Assembly (NCBI GenBank): GCA_964016885.1
Contig: OZ024743.1
Location: 308,760,001-308,824,000, forward strand
Length of the DNA: 64,000 bases
DNA from: Eledone cirrhosa
Taxonomy: Eukaryota
Reading direction: 5' to 3'
In this document: one piece after another, positions 12,931 to 25,914 of the stretch
Position numbering within the stretch: position 1 is the stretch's first letter
How the letters are laid out: each line of letters opens with the position of its first letter
Made by a program: the position numbers and the translations under genes
The notes under the pieces: model-generated
The model's database searches: none
What the model saw: the letters and a program-made list of their open reading frames with translations, nothing else
What the model was told of the DNA's origin: nothing

Positions 12931-15571
12931 TTGATTATACCTGTGTGCTTACTATATGAAAAGATTAATAAAACTTTAAACTTTTTGTCACGTCTTTCAC
13001 ATTTTTCTATTAAAAGTCTTTCAATCTGACCTGGAAATCCCTGAATTGAGCTTGGAACTCACCAAATTTCATTGTCAGAAAAAAAAAGAGAAAACAAAAA
13101 AGACTATGTACACTTTAACATAATTGTCATCGTTATCATCAATATCATTTAATGTCTATTTTCCATGTTTCTATTGGTTAGATTGGTTGTCTTGTTATGA
13201 GAAATGTCAGGTCCAGTGACCATGTCTTCTTCATATGGATCTGTATTTTGGCTTGGTTTGTACTGCTGGATGCCTTTCCTAATGCCAACCACATTACAGT
13301 GTGGATGTGGTGGATGTGGGTGTTTTTTATCGTAACACCGAAATGACCACCTAACAGGGTGGTCTGGGTGCTTTTTGTCGTATGACTAGTATGACCACCT
13401 TACAGTACTGAGGATGTTGGACTTACTATCACAATGTTGTGGGTCCAATTCTTGGACTGGGTTGTGTATTGTGTTTTTGAGCAAAACATTTAATTTCACA
13501 TTGCTCCAGTATACTCAGCTGGAAATGAGTATCAGCAGTAACTGGGAGTTTAACCCTGTGATGGATTTTTCCCAAGTGGGGGGAGTCTTCTACTTTCAAT
13601 TGCTTAATGTCATGGAAACTGGGATTGCACTGGCCGGATGAGCCTTTGGGCTTAAGATAGATTTTAGACTGGAGTTGTAATTGTCTGGCAAGAGACTCAA
13701 TCTAACTCCATAGTTTGAAACTGATGCAATTACATTACAATTGTGGAAGAATTACTGAAAAAACAGTTAAATTCACCTACATTTATAATTTAATTCCTGG
13801 GTTTCAAATTTCTAGTGGTACTGTCTTTGACAAGATTGCAAACAGTGCAACGAAACATTTGACACAAGGAAATGATAAATGTAAATTGAAGTTAAGTTTT
13901 TGTGAATTTTTGAATGGATTCAATGATTCTTCCATAATCACCAATATTTACAATTCATCATTGCCACCACCACCATCATCATCATCATCATCGTCACTGT
14001 TTAACATTTATTTACCATGCTAGTATGGGTTAGATGAGTTGTCCCATTGTGAGACAAGTCAGGTCAAATGACCGTTTCTTGCTGATACAGAACTGATTCT
14101 GTTTTGGTTTCTACACCTGGAGGCTCTTCCTAATGCCAACCACATTTACAGCGTGGACTCTGTACTTTTTATAATGGCAACAAAATTGATGCTGTGGGTA
14201 TTGTTAGCTGTTCTCCATGGCAGCACTTTCACCATTTTGTCCACAGGGCTCAGCTGAGATATGCTGTCTAGCTAAGGAGATGGTTTGCTCCCTCCTCTAT
14301 TTGTGTATGTATGTATGCAAACAGAAAAAAAAGCAAACAGCAGTACACTGTAGAAATATGTATGTGTATGCATGTGGTAAGTAAACAGGAATAACAAAGC
14401 AAACAGCATAGTACGTTGTAGAAATATGTGTGTTTATGTGTGTATGCATGCATGCTTAAACAGTGTCTGCATAAACACCTTTGTTTGTGTACCAATGATT
14501 TCTGGTTTACATGAATGTGCCTCAGTGCAGTTTCGTTCCCTCTATTATGAACCACATGCATGTATTTCTATTTATTGATTTAGGAACATAACATTGTTTC
14601 TCTGAAAAATTCAATATATCTTAACACATATACCTGAATTGAATGACTCAGTTTCTCTTACTGTGTTCACTGGTGATTGATTGTTTCACTGTCATTACAG
14701 GCACACACAAGTTCAAGCAGGTATAAATGTGCTTGTGTGTGTGTGCACTTGTGCATATATTAGCATTTATGTATTATATATGCAATCTTCATTTTTTTAA
14801 ATGTAAGATGTACGGAAAATGTTTGTTGTCAAATTATCCATGAATAAAATATTCCAATTTGGCAGTTTTGTGTGTGTGTGTGTGTGTGAGTGTGAGAGAG
14901 AGAGAGAGGCAGGCGAATTGGCAGAGTTGTTAGAATGACGGATAGAATGCTTTATGGTTTTCGTTTCTGCTCTCTGATTTCAAATCCCACAGAGGTCAAC
15001 TTTGTCTTTCATCCTTTTGAGGTTGATAAAATCTCTTTCTGCTCTCTGATTTCTATCTTTCTCTGTAAGAAATCTGCTGTACTCAGCCCTGGAGGGGGAT
15101 GGGCTGCGGCAGGTTTAAAATGCCCACAAAACACTGTATGTCTGTACAGCGCCCCTACGGCTCTATTGGGAGTTACGGGACCACACATACACAAAGAAGT
15201 AGGTGGAGAAATTATATATGCTCAAAATACGTTAATTTATTATAATAAACTGTAAAGGCTACGTATCATACTTCCTAAAAAAAAAAAAAAAAAAGTTTTT
15301 TTCCAAACATGCATGTGTATGAAATCCTAATGTATTAAAATAACTATACATGGAGCATAGTCAGCTAGTATCACTTGTTGCTGGAAAATGGCTGTTTAAA
15401 TAATGTAAACAAAGTTCAACTGGTAATTTTTGGTGTGTTCGAGGAGAATAATGTGTTGAGGTAACTGTTCAAAAAATGATTAATTTTGATAAGTCCTTAG
15501 AGGATGAAACAATTGTAAATCAAGATTTGATGTGAAATTGTATTTGGTCATTATTATATATACACTATATA

Positions 15572-15790
15572 GGGCGGTGGATTGGCAGTATCGGTAGAGG
15601 GTCAGACGCCTTGCTTTGCCACATAGTTACGGCGCTTTATGATCTGAGTTCAAATCCCGCCGAGGTTAACTTTGCCTTTCATCCTTACGGGGTCGATAAA
15701 ATAAAGTACCAGTCACGCACAGGGGTCGATTTCATCGACGTTTCCCTCCCCCCAAAATTGCTGGCCTTGTGCCTACATAAGAAACCATTA
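15572..15790 (+). mobile_element. Family B SINE
   Basis: Matches the family; TSD attatatatacactat on both sides. Confidence 0.82.
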
Positions 15791-17406
15791 TATATACACT
15801 ATGTTGGTAATAAGTAGGCGTTCCAGCTGTAGAAAACCTGCCAAGCTATAAGTCAGGAGGACCCTTCAACTGTGTCTAAGATATAACAACTTCTTTGGTG
15901 CTGGTGTCATGATAAAATGTAGTTGGTAGAACCTGGAACCATATGTAAGCAAGATGGAGGTCTCAAGTCTATCTGAGAGATCAGAAGCCCGACTTGTGTA
16001 CTGGTTCATTCTGTGAAGACCCATCCAACCCTTGCTAACAGGGAACATGGATGTTAAATGGTGATGGCAATGATGCTCATTTCTAATTAAACTGGAATTT
16101 CCATGACCCCAAGTTGATTCAAAATGCTTCAAGTTTCTTTTATTCAATACACCAATTTCTTTTGGCAATACACACATACACACACAGGCAGATGGAGTAT
16201 GATTAAATCACTGCCATAGACAGGTGTTCAGTCTTGAGTGGAGTTTTTTCTTGGAAGGACTGGAGTATCTCTTATTAAAACACCCAAGAAAACTCTGAGA
16301 TGTAACCTCGTTGAAGGCCAGCTAAACCAACGTATTTGTAAGCTGTAATAACAAATATAGACACTAACAGACACACAGACATCATATAATACCTATGTAT
16401 TTACTAAAATTACATCTAATAGTTGTAAATGAAGGAAATTATCTAAATCAATCAATTAGTGGGGAAAAATATGGTGAGAAGAGATTAAGTTGGCAGAAAT
16501 TATTGCAATTAATTATTTTGAAGCACCTATAATTATGGCTAAGAATTATGTTATAAATCTTCTTAGGCATAATATTATTGATCTGATATTGTTTAATCAT
16601 CTAGATAGCTATAAATGTGGTGAAAAGTCTTGTTTAACTTCCAAAGTAGTTTGGAGTGTGGACCATTACTCAGTTTTGTTATATTTTGTTTAGACTTTGG
16701 AACATTTTCCTGAGAATTATTATTGAATCATTATTATCACCTTCACACATCCATTTTTCATGCTGGCATGGGCATTTCACATAGTTGGCTGGGTGCATTT
16801 TATCATAATACCAGCACTACCATTTTACAGAGTGTATTGCGTGCATTTTATTGTGGTACCAGCGCTATCACTTTATTGTGTTCACTGGGTGCATTTTATA
16901 CATACATACAATATCAATGGAGCATTTTACTTTAAATTCAGATCTTCCTATAGAAGCTTATACATTTATTCAAAATATTGATTCCTTCCCCACTTTTTCA
17001 AAAGTGTCTAGCTTCCATTGTATTGAATATAATTCCTAGTCTTCCAGGTCTCTCTTGCGGCATGCTCCTCTACAACTATCTATTGAAATATAATAGCATA
17101 TACTAAATTTCATAGTATTTTTCACTGTCAATTCTCTACTTTCATCTGCTAATGTATTTTGTAATTCAATCCTTACATTGATAGAATGTGATTTCATTTG
17201 TATATCATATTCATAACTTATCCTGTTTTCTGATTGTTATTTTAATGTTATTCATGTTTCTAGCATGTTGATATATTTTCTAATAATTGGATGGAGTAGG
17301 CCAAGAATTATGTTATTTTCACTTTATATTATCACTGACAACTGCTTTTATATATTAGTAAAATCTATACGCATTTCAGTGAAGATAATCTATTTGTGTG
17401 TTTCAG

Positions 17407-17421
17407 TTTGCTGCAGCATAA
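17407..17421 (+). other. Candidate 15-nt microexon or start of an alternative last exon
   Basis: tttgtgtgtttcag|TTTGCTGCAGCATAA|gtatgc; joined to exon 9859-9951 it reads FCCSI, or FCCSISMQMQI* if the donor is read through. Confidence 0.2.
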
Positions 17422-17992
17422 GTATGCAGATGCAAATATGATAGCTAAATCATTTCACTTTCTTGTTACCTTATTTCTAATGAAAAACTGATTATGATTT
17501 TCAAATGATTTTGAAAATAATCAAGAATTTGAAAGGCTTTAGTAATGTAACTAATTTTTCCATTGTTAAGCTGGTATTTGGAACGTAACTTAATAAAGAT
17601 TCTTACATAAAAGTATGATGGCAAGTTTTTAGATAATATAAAGATTTTAAAATAAACACCTTTCTGTCATAAAACTAAAGGCAGGTTCAGGCAGTTTCGT
17701 GTAAAAAGGATTTAAAAGAATGTTCATTTATAGAGAATATTTTTGTGAATTTTGTTTTTAGATTTGTGTTATGAGATATTTCATTTTGAATTGCAAATCA
17801 AATTAATGGCTGTAAGATTGGAGGAGTGTTGATTACTTGAAGAACTTTCATATGATAAAGTGGATCGATCTACTCCACACAGTTTAGCCCTCCACCTCTT
17901 AACAACTCCTTGAAAGCAAATGAAACACTTCATCAGATATCTAAAGTTTCCACTAGATGAAACTGTTAGCTTTTATTATATTACTGTTTAGA

Positions 17993-18190
17993 CTGGTAGA
18001 GCATTGGACAACATGCTTTGCAGCATATTATGCTTCTTTATGTTCTGAGTTCAAATCCTGATGAGATTAACTTAGCTTTTCCTCTTTATGGGGTTGATAA
18101 AATAAAGTACATGTAACTCACTGGGATTGATTTACTTGACTTTCCCCTCCCCCCAAATTGTTGGCCTCGTGCTTAAATCAGAAACCAGCA
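17993..18190 (+). mobile_element. Family B SINE (diverged)
   Basis: gagttcaaatcc...ggggttgataaaataaagtac. Confidence 0.7.
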
Positions 18191-18933
18191 TATTACTGAT
18201 GTACACTTAGGTGGAATGGATGTTTTAGTTAGCGTCAAATGTCTTTGCTATAGTCAAAATGCAAATGGAGGCTTGACTTCGTTCAAAGAAAGGCAAATGC
18301 TGATATAGCTTGGCAGCATTGAAGTTGCACGTAAACTAGAGCAACATAAAAGGAAGTGTCTTGCTCAAGGACACAATGTATCACCACTCTGGGAATCAAA
18401 ACCACAATTTATGATCATAAAGTCGGTACCCTAACCACTATGACCTGCACCTTCACCAGTGGGTATGGTACAAACCACATAATGCTTTTGTAAGAGAAGC
18501 ATAAGAATGCAATCCCAAGTGATCAGGATTTCGTATGGTTATTGATTATGGACTATTTAATGGATATATACTTTTTTATTTTTCATTATTCCTTTTATAA
18601 ATAAATAATTATAATTTATATTTTATACATTTTTGAAAACACTAAAGCGACCTGCAATTATGTAATAGATACATGGAAGTTTCTGCTTTCAATTTTGTAA
18701 GGTATTCATGTTGAGCTTTTGTATTTTTAAAGTGGATCTTGTAAATCTGAACATAATGTGCTGTGCTGTTAGTATATCTAGAAGGTTCTAATACAACATT
18801 TTTGTTCAGTGCTTGTTAAAACTCAGCAGTTATTGTAAAATAAAGTTAATTTATTTTTAGGGAGAATTAGGATACATGATGAAATAATGAAAGATTTTCT
18901 AAAGATTTGTATGAAGGCCTCTTTCCAAACCCT

Positions 18934-18976
<43 letters not shown>

Positions 18977-19292
18977 CCTCTTTCAGTGATATATTCTTTC
19001 TTTCTCTGTCTATCTAGCTGTGTAGGCATTTTCTATTTTGCTGTTTTACATGAATTTCACAGAGCTTGCACTTGAGCAGTGATTTATCATTGGAGAATGC
19101 CTGTCTCTACTGGAAGGCATCTAGCTGGGGATAAAAAAATTTAAACATGAATATCTCTTCAGCTCTGAGAGGAATTCTATATCTGGTCATTAGTTCCAGG
19201 ACGATGGATAAATAATGCTGTCACAGGTGTCTTAGCATGTGAAAAGGCACCATATAGATTAATGTAATTTTCATAGGCACAGAACAGACCAC

Positions 19293-19521
19293 TTAACTCT
19301 TTAGTATTCACATTACCCTATAATATACTATTATATTTTCATAGTAAAGGCTTTACCTCGCATAATTATCTCACATAATACTTTCAAAATCTCATAGATT
19401 CAATATTTATTTTGAGAACAATACCTTAACATCAGTTTGAGCGACCAGTTACAGTCAGTTTCAACAGAAAGAGGTAGAGAATTCTGGCCGGTTTTGGCTG
19501 GTTTGAACATTAAAGGGTTAA
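19293..19521 (+). mobile_element. TTAA-flanked piggyBac-type MITE
   Basis: ttaa|ctctttagtattca...gaacattaaaggg|ttaa; homologous to 45671 and 60179. Confidence 0.75.
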
Positions 19522-20171
19522 ACTGGATCCCTCGCTGGGAGTTCAAATTTCCCTGGGGTCAACTTTGCCTTACATCCATTCCAAGTCGATAAAAAGGGTA
19601 CCAGTCTAGTACTGGGGTTGGTTCTTCTATATATGTTTCTCATTTCCATTCTTTCGCTATCTCTATCCTTCTCTATAAGACATTTTCTGTATTCAGACCA
19701 GGAGAGAAATGCGCTCTGCCAGGTTTTAAAAATGCCCAAGAAACACTGCATGTCACATTTGTTCTGCATGTCACATTCATTCCCATCACAGTAAATAGGT
19801 AATCTGTGTATAAGCCAGATTTATCACTCAATGCAGTTAGTACTAGTCTATAGATAATATGAGTCCTTTCAAACTTCATTATCCATAGAATTCTTTTTTT
19901 TTGTTTCTTTATTAGCCACAAGGGCACAAAAGAAGGGGACAAATACAAAGGGGGAAGTTTACATCATTATCCATAGAATATTGCTACATTAATACAGAAA
20001 CAGCTGGTTAATTTTCATACTCATCACATATTAAAATATGAAAATTCATCTCCTTTATTTTATATCAATTAATGTCTATATATATTTAAATAGTGTGTGT
20101 TAATCATATATGTATATATATATATGTGTGATGATGATATGTATATAGTATATATATGTAAGATGATGATA

Positions 20172-20216
<45 letters not shown>

Positions 20217-20532
20217 ATATGTATATATAGTATATATATATGTATGAGATGATGATATGTATATAATATATATATGTATGAGATGATGATATGTATATAA
20301 TATATATATATATGAGATGATGATATGTATATAATATATATATGTATGAGATGATGATATGTATATAATATATATATATATGAGATGATGATATGTATAT
20401 AATATATATATATATATGAGATATGTATATATATATATATATAATAAAATGAAAACGAAATTTCATTTCTCACTCTTAGTACGGCACTTACTGATGCGTA
20501 CATATATGTATGTGTATCTGTATGTATATATG

Positions 20533-20588
<56 letters not shown>

Positions 20589-20630
20589 TGCTACTGTACG
20601 TCTGTATACATATATGTATGTGCATATACT

Positions 20631-20673
<43 letters not shown>

Positions 20674-20823
20674 TGATGATGATATATATATATATGAGAT
20701 GATATATATATGTATATAATATATATATGTATATAATATATATATGTATATATATATTAATATATATATGAGATGATATGTATATATAGTATATATATAT
20801 ATATATATATATATGAGATGATG

Positions 20824-20861
<38 letters not shown>

Positions 20862-20888
20862 TGATGATATGTTTATATGTATATATAG

Positions 20889-20927
<39 letters not shown>

Positions 20928-21024
20928 TGATGATATGTTTATATGTATATATAGTATATATATATATATATAATATATATATATATATATGAGATGATGA
21001 TATGTATATATAGTATATATATAT

Positions 21025-21216
21025 ATAGGAACAAGTAAGACCCCGGCGGCTGAGCTCAAGCCGTTTCGACGGCTAATTCAGTACAGAATTAGCCGTCGAA
21101 ACGGCTTGAGCTCAGCCGTCGGGGTCTTACTTGTTCCTATTACCCACTCTACTACCCTAAGTATTGAGTACTTTGGTGCGTTATGGTCCACCTGGTTCCT
21201 TACCATATTTCCTTCG

Positions 21217-21218
<2 letters not shown>
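21025..21218 (+). mobile_element. GC-rich palindromic mini-element carrying the 3' half of a hammerhead
   Basis: 55-bp arms 21025-21079 / 21086-21140 (one mismatch), 6-nt loop, ~78-bp tail. The right arm reads GAAAC-GGCT-tgagctc-AGCC-GTC-ggggtc. Confidence 0.75.
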
Positions 21219-21256
<38 letters not shown>

Positions 21257-21311
21257 TGATGATATGTATATATAGTATATATAGTATATATATAGTATAT
21301 ATATATATCTA

Positions 21312-21646
21312 TATCCAAAATTAAGATAAATCAAAATGAATTTAATCTAAATCAAAATTATGCGCCATATCACCCACAAAATAAGCTCTAAGATTCTAAT
21401 GAATAGGTTCAAGCATTTTATAATAACTAGAAATTGATTAACATATAAATAAAGATGAATAATCACAGGAGATAATTTTTACAAGTGTGTAAGCACAGTG
21501 AAGATTAATCATATTATAAGGTATTTATTTTTGAAGTTCTAGTTAACTTTATTTAGTTACCTACCTAGCTGTGTGTGCTTACACACTTGTAAAAATTATC
21601 TCCTGTGATTATTCATCTTTATTTATATGTTAATCAATTTCTAGTT
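21312..21646. repeat. Fold-back element with 73-bp inverted arms and a one-sided extension
   Basis: Arms 21425-21497 / 21574-21646; left extension has aagcattttata, resembling the shared tail motif; (TA)n flanks; no hammerhead core found. Confidence 0.7.
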
Positions 21647-21685
21647 GTTATATATATAATATATATATATATTTATGAGATGATG

Positions 21686-21747
<62 letters not shown>

Positions 21748-21832
21748 TGATATGTATATAGTATATGTATGTATATATATATATATATATATGTGAGATG
21801 ATGATATGTATATAGTATATGTATATAGTATA

Positions 21833-22585
<753 letters not shown>

Positions 22586-22630
22586 ATATATATATAATTT
22601 GCCTCCATATATATAATTGTTAATGTGCCT

Positions 22631-22673
<43 letters not shown>

Positions 22674-22782
22674 TAATTGTTAATTTCCCTGACATTATTA
22701 TTTGTCAATATAATATATTATATAAATAAGTATATATATATATATATGAGATGATGATATATATATACTATATATATATATA

Positions 22783-22974
22783 TGCAAAAGTTCTATTTAA
22801 ATTGTTGGGATACAACAAGCAAATATTTTTATAACTGTGATAAAGCACTCAACAAGTCTGATCTATATTATATTTTGTCTGATGAAAGCACACCATAATT
22901 TAACTTGGTGTCCTTGAAATATGTATAATGAAATAAATATGGTTTTATAAATATAGTTTCCATTTGTTAATATC

Positions 22975-22975
<1 letters not shown>
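22783..22975 (+). mobile_element. PLE-type mini-element (inverted tail + hammerhead + 3' end)
   Basis: Reverse-complement homology to 22329-22585; contains the hammerhead at 22871; flanked by (TA)n. Confidence 0.7.
22871..22935 (+). ncRNA. Type I hammerhead ribozyme
   Basis: Stem I TATTTTGT/ATGAAATA (two G-U pairs), CTGATGA at 22879, stem II AAGCACACCA...TGGTGTCCTT, GAAA at 22916, T-(ATGT)-AT-A. Confidence 0.72.
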
Positions 22976-23040
<65 letters not shown>

Positions 23041-23341
23041 TGATGATATATATATATATACTATCTTACTTATATACTATATATATATATAGTACTTATA
23101 TCTTACTTATATACTATATATATATAGTATATATATATATATATATATAGTATATATATATATATATATATATAGTATATATATATATAGTATATATATA
23201 TATATATATATATAGTATATATATATATAGTATATATATATATATATATATAGTATATATATATATATATATATATAGTGTATATATATATATATATATA
23301 TATATGTGCGTGTATGGCATTTATCTGGCAACATTGTTCTG

Positions 23342-23527
23342 ATGGATTGGCAGTATCGGTAGAGGGTCGGACACCATGCTTTGAAGCATAGAGTTACGTC
23401 CCTTTATGATCTGAGTTGAAATCCCGCCGAGGTTAACTTTGCCTTTCATCCTTACGGGGTCGATAAAATAAAGTACCAGTAATGTACTGGGTAATTGCTG
23501 CCCTTGTGCCTAAAATAGAAACAATTA
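23342..23527 (+). mobile_element. Family B SINE
   Basis: Matches the family; tgttctga repeated at both flanks. Confidence 0.8.
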
Positions 23528-24697
23528 TGTTCTGAACTATTCTTTTTTTGTTCATTTCATTAAGCTTTTCATTAAGTCAAGTAAGCAATATTCTGTATTG
23601 CGACTTCTGGCAGTATTCTACACAATAGATGAGGTGTTGAAAATATTTCCTTTTTCCTTGTATCTCATATATTCCAACATCTATTGCAAATATAAACATT
23701 TTTTCCAGACTCAATATCAACACGCAAACACACACACACACACACACGCACACGCACACGCGCGCGCGCAAACTCACTCGCACACAAATGCACACTCACT
23801 CACACACATACATACACCTTCACACACATACATACACCTTCACACACATACATACACATACATACACACTCGCACACCACCCACACCCACACACCCACAC
23901 ACACATTGACACAGTATTACAGTAAACTTATATTAATGTCACTTTCTTTGTTATTGTTCATAATCTACAATTCTTTGTTTTTTTTTCTTTTTTTCTATGT
24001 CTCGAGATATTTTTAATTCTTTGTTGTTTAGCATGAATTGTATGGTGTCTATTTTCAATGGTATTTTCACTGCTATGAACCTTTTGTTTCAGTAGTTGTT
24101 TTGTTGTTGTTTTTCTTTCTCGGTTCTTCTTCTTGTAACAGCATGTTCAACATCAAGATGTTCAGTTGCATTTGATTTTTCTTAAAATCCTTTTTCTTTT
24201 AAATTTTTTTTATATTATTATTATTTTTTTTTTATTTTCCACACCTTTACACATATTTAAGTTTTGATACTTTAACACATAAATTGTAATTCTGTAATCT
24301 GATTTCTCCTCGGGTAGATTCTCAGGAAAATTTTCAAAAGAAAATATTTTTGAAATAACAGAAATATGTCTATCTCATTTGTTCTAAAGAAAAGACAGCA
24401 GGAAAGTATCTCTTTCCAGGAGTTTATAAATGATGTATTTCAAGTACTATATGGGGAATTAAATAAATTCAAAGAAGTTCTACTTTCAAATGTATGATAT
24501 GTCCCCTTATAGTGTGTTATCTATTATCTTAAAGGATAATATTTATGGGAATACAGTTCACTCTGGAAATATTTTTTATTTACCCCCCGAACAAAACATT
24601 GGAAGATGAAGTAAAAAAATGTGCCAAAAAATGTATACACAGTTTGATTACCTGTACAGGCAATATTTATTAGAATGCTATTGAAGTGTGTATACCC

Positions 24698-24755
<58 letters not shown>

Positions 24756-25156
24756 ATAATCTGATAATGAAATCAATAAACCACATAAACTAAAAAAGCT
24801 TATTCACTGTTTTGATACCAAACTGCCTGAAACGGTCCTTGATTCTAAGTTATGAAAATGTTTTAAATTGTTTATATTTACCTCTAAACCGTTTATCATA
24901 ATTTCATCTAAGAATATTAACAGTTTTAATACCAACCCAGCCAAGAGCAGTTCTGGTTCATGTTTAAGTTAATTTCTTTCTACATAATTTTATGTAAGAA
25001 CCAGATATTAAGTTACTAACTTAGTAGTAAAATAATTGATAATTTTAGTTAATCTCTCAAATGATAACAAGAATAAGTGTTTTAAGGCCAAATTTTCTGC
25101 AAAAGCAGGAGTTAGTCATGTAGCTTAATAACAGCTTTCTCCATTTTGCCCTGTCA

Positions 25157-25272
25157 TGAAATATGGTCGTGAAATATGGTCGTGAAATATGGTTGTGAAA
25201 TATGGTCGTGAAATATGGTCGTGAAATATGGTCGTGAAATATGGTCGTGAAATATGGTTGTGAAATACGGTC
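25157..25272. repeat. 13-bp minisatellite (GTGAAATATGGTC)n
   Basis: About 9 near-perfect units. Confidence 0.92.
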
Positions 25273-25914
25273 GCAGAATATGTTCAAAATACTTATTTAA
25301 TATTAAGTGCATTTTCAAACCTCAATCCCTAATTCTAGCGTATCTTCAAAACAAAAAACAAAATCCTTTCCTTCTTCCTTCTTCGAAGGCACGGGGCGGT
25401 CAAACGCCTAACACTCACAGCCATCATGTGGCCCCCTCCCCTCGCTCTCTCTCACTCTCTCTCTCTCTCTATAAATATATGATAGGAATTCACTTCGCCA
25501 AATTTCATTTCATTGCTTGCTGTCCACGATATTCATGTAAACGTAATGTACAGACTTCATCTCTCTCCCTCCACAAATCTTAATTCTAGCGTATTTTCAA
25601 AACAATCCATATTTCGCTAAAACAAACTACATTTTCTGTTTCTATTAATTGCTAAATACGTAGGTTTTTGGACGTATTTAACAGAACAAATTTTGTATTT
25701 TTGTTAATCGCTTGTTAAATGCATGGACCCCATTCAATCATTACCTTCTTGCTAGCTACCCAACACCCCTCCCGCCCACCCCCACGCACCACCATTGCTA
25801 TTACGTGGACCAATCATAAAACAGAGCCCCCACGCATCACCAGTATTATTACGCGGACCAATCAGAAACCAGAGGCCTATACTATCGCTTGCCTGGTTGC
25901 CTTTCGATATACGA

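Noticed and set aside
14701-14720. Candidate 20-nt microexon (ttacag|...|gtataa)
   Set aside because: Not frame-preserving, weak donor, and no homology support.
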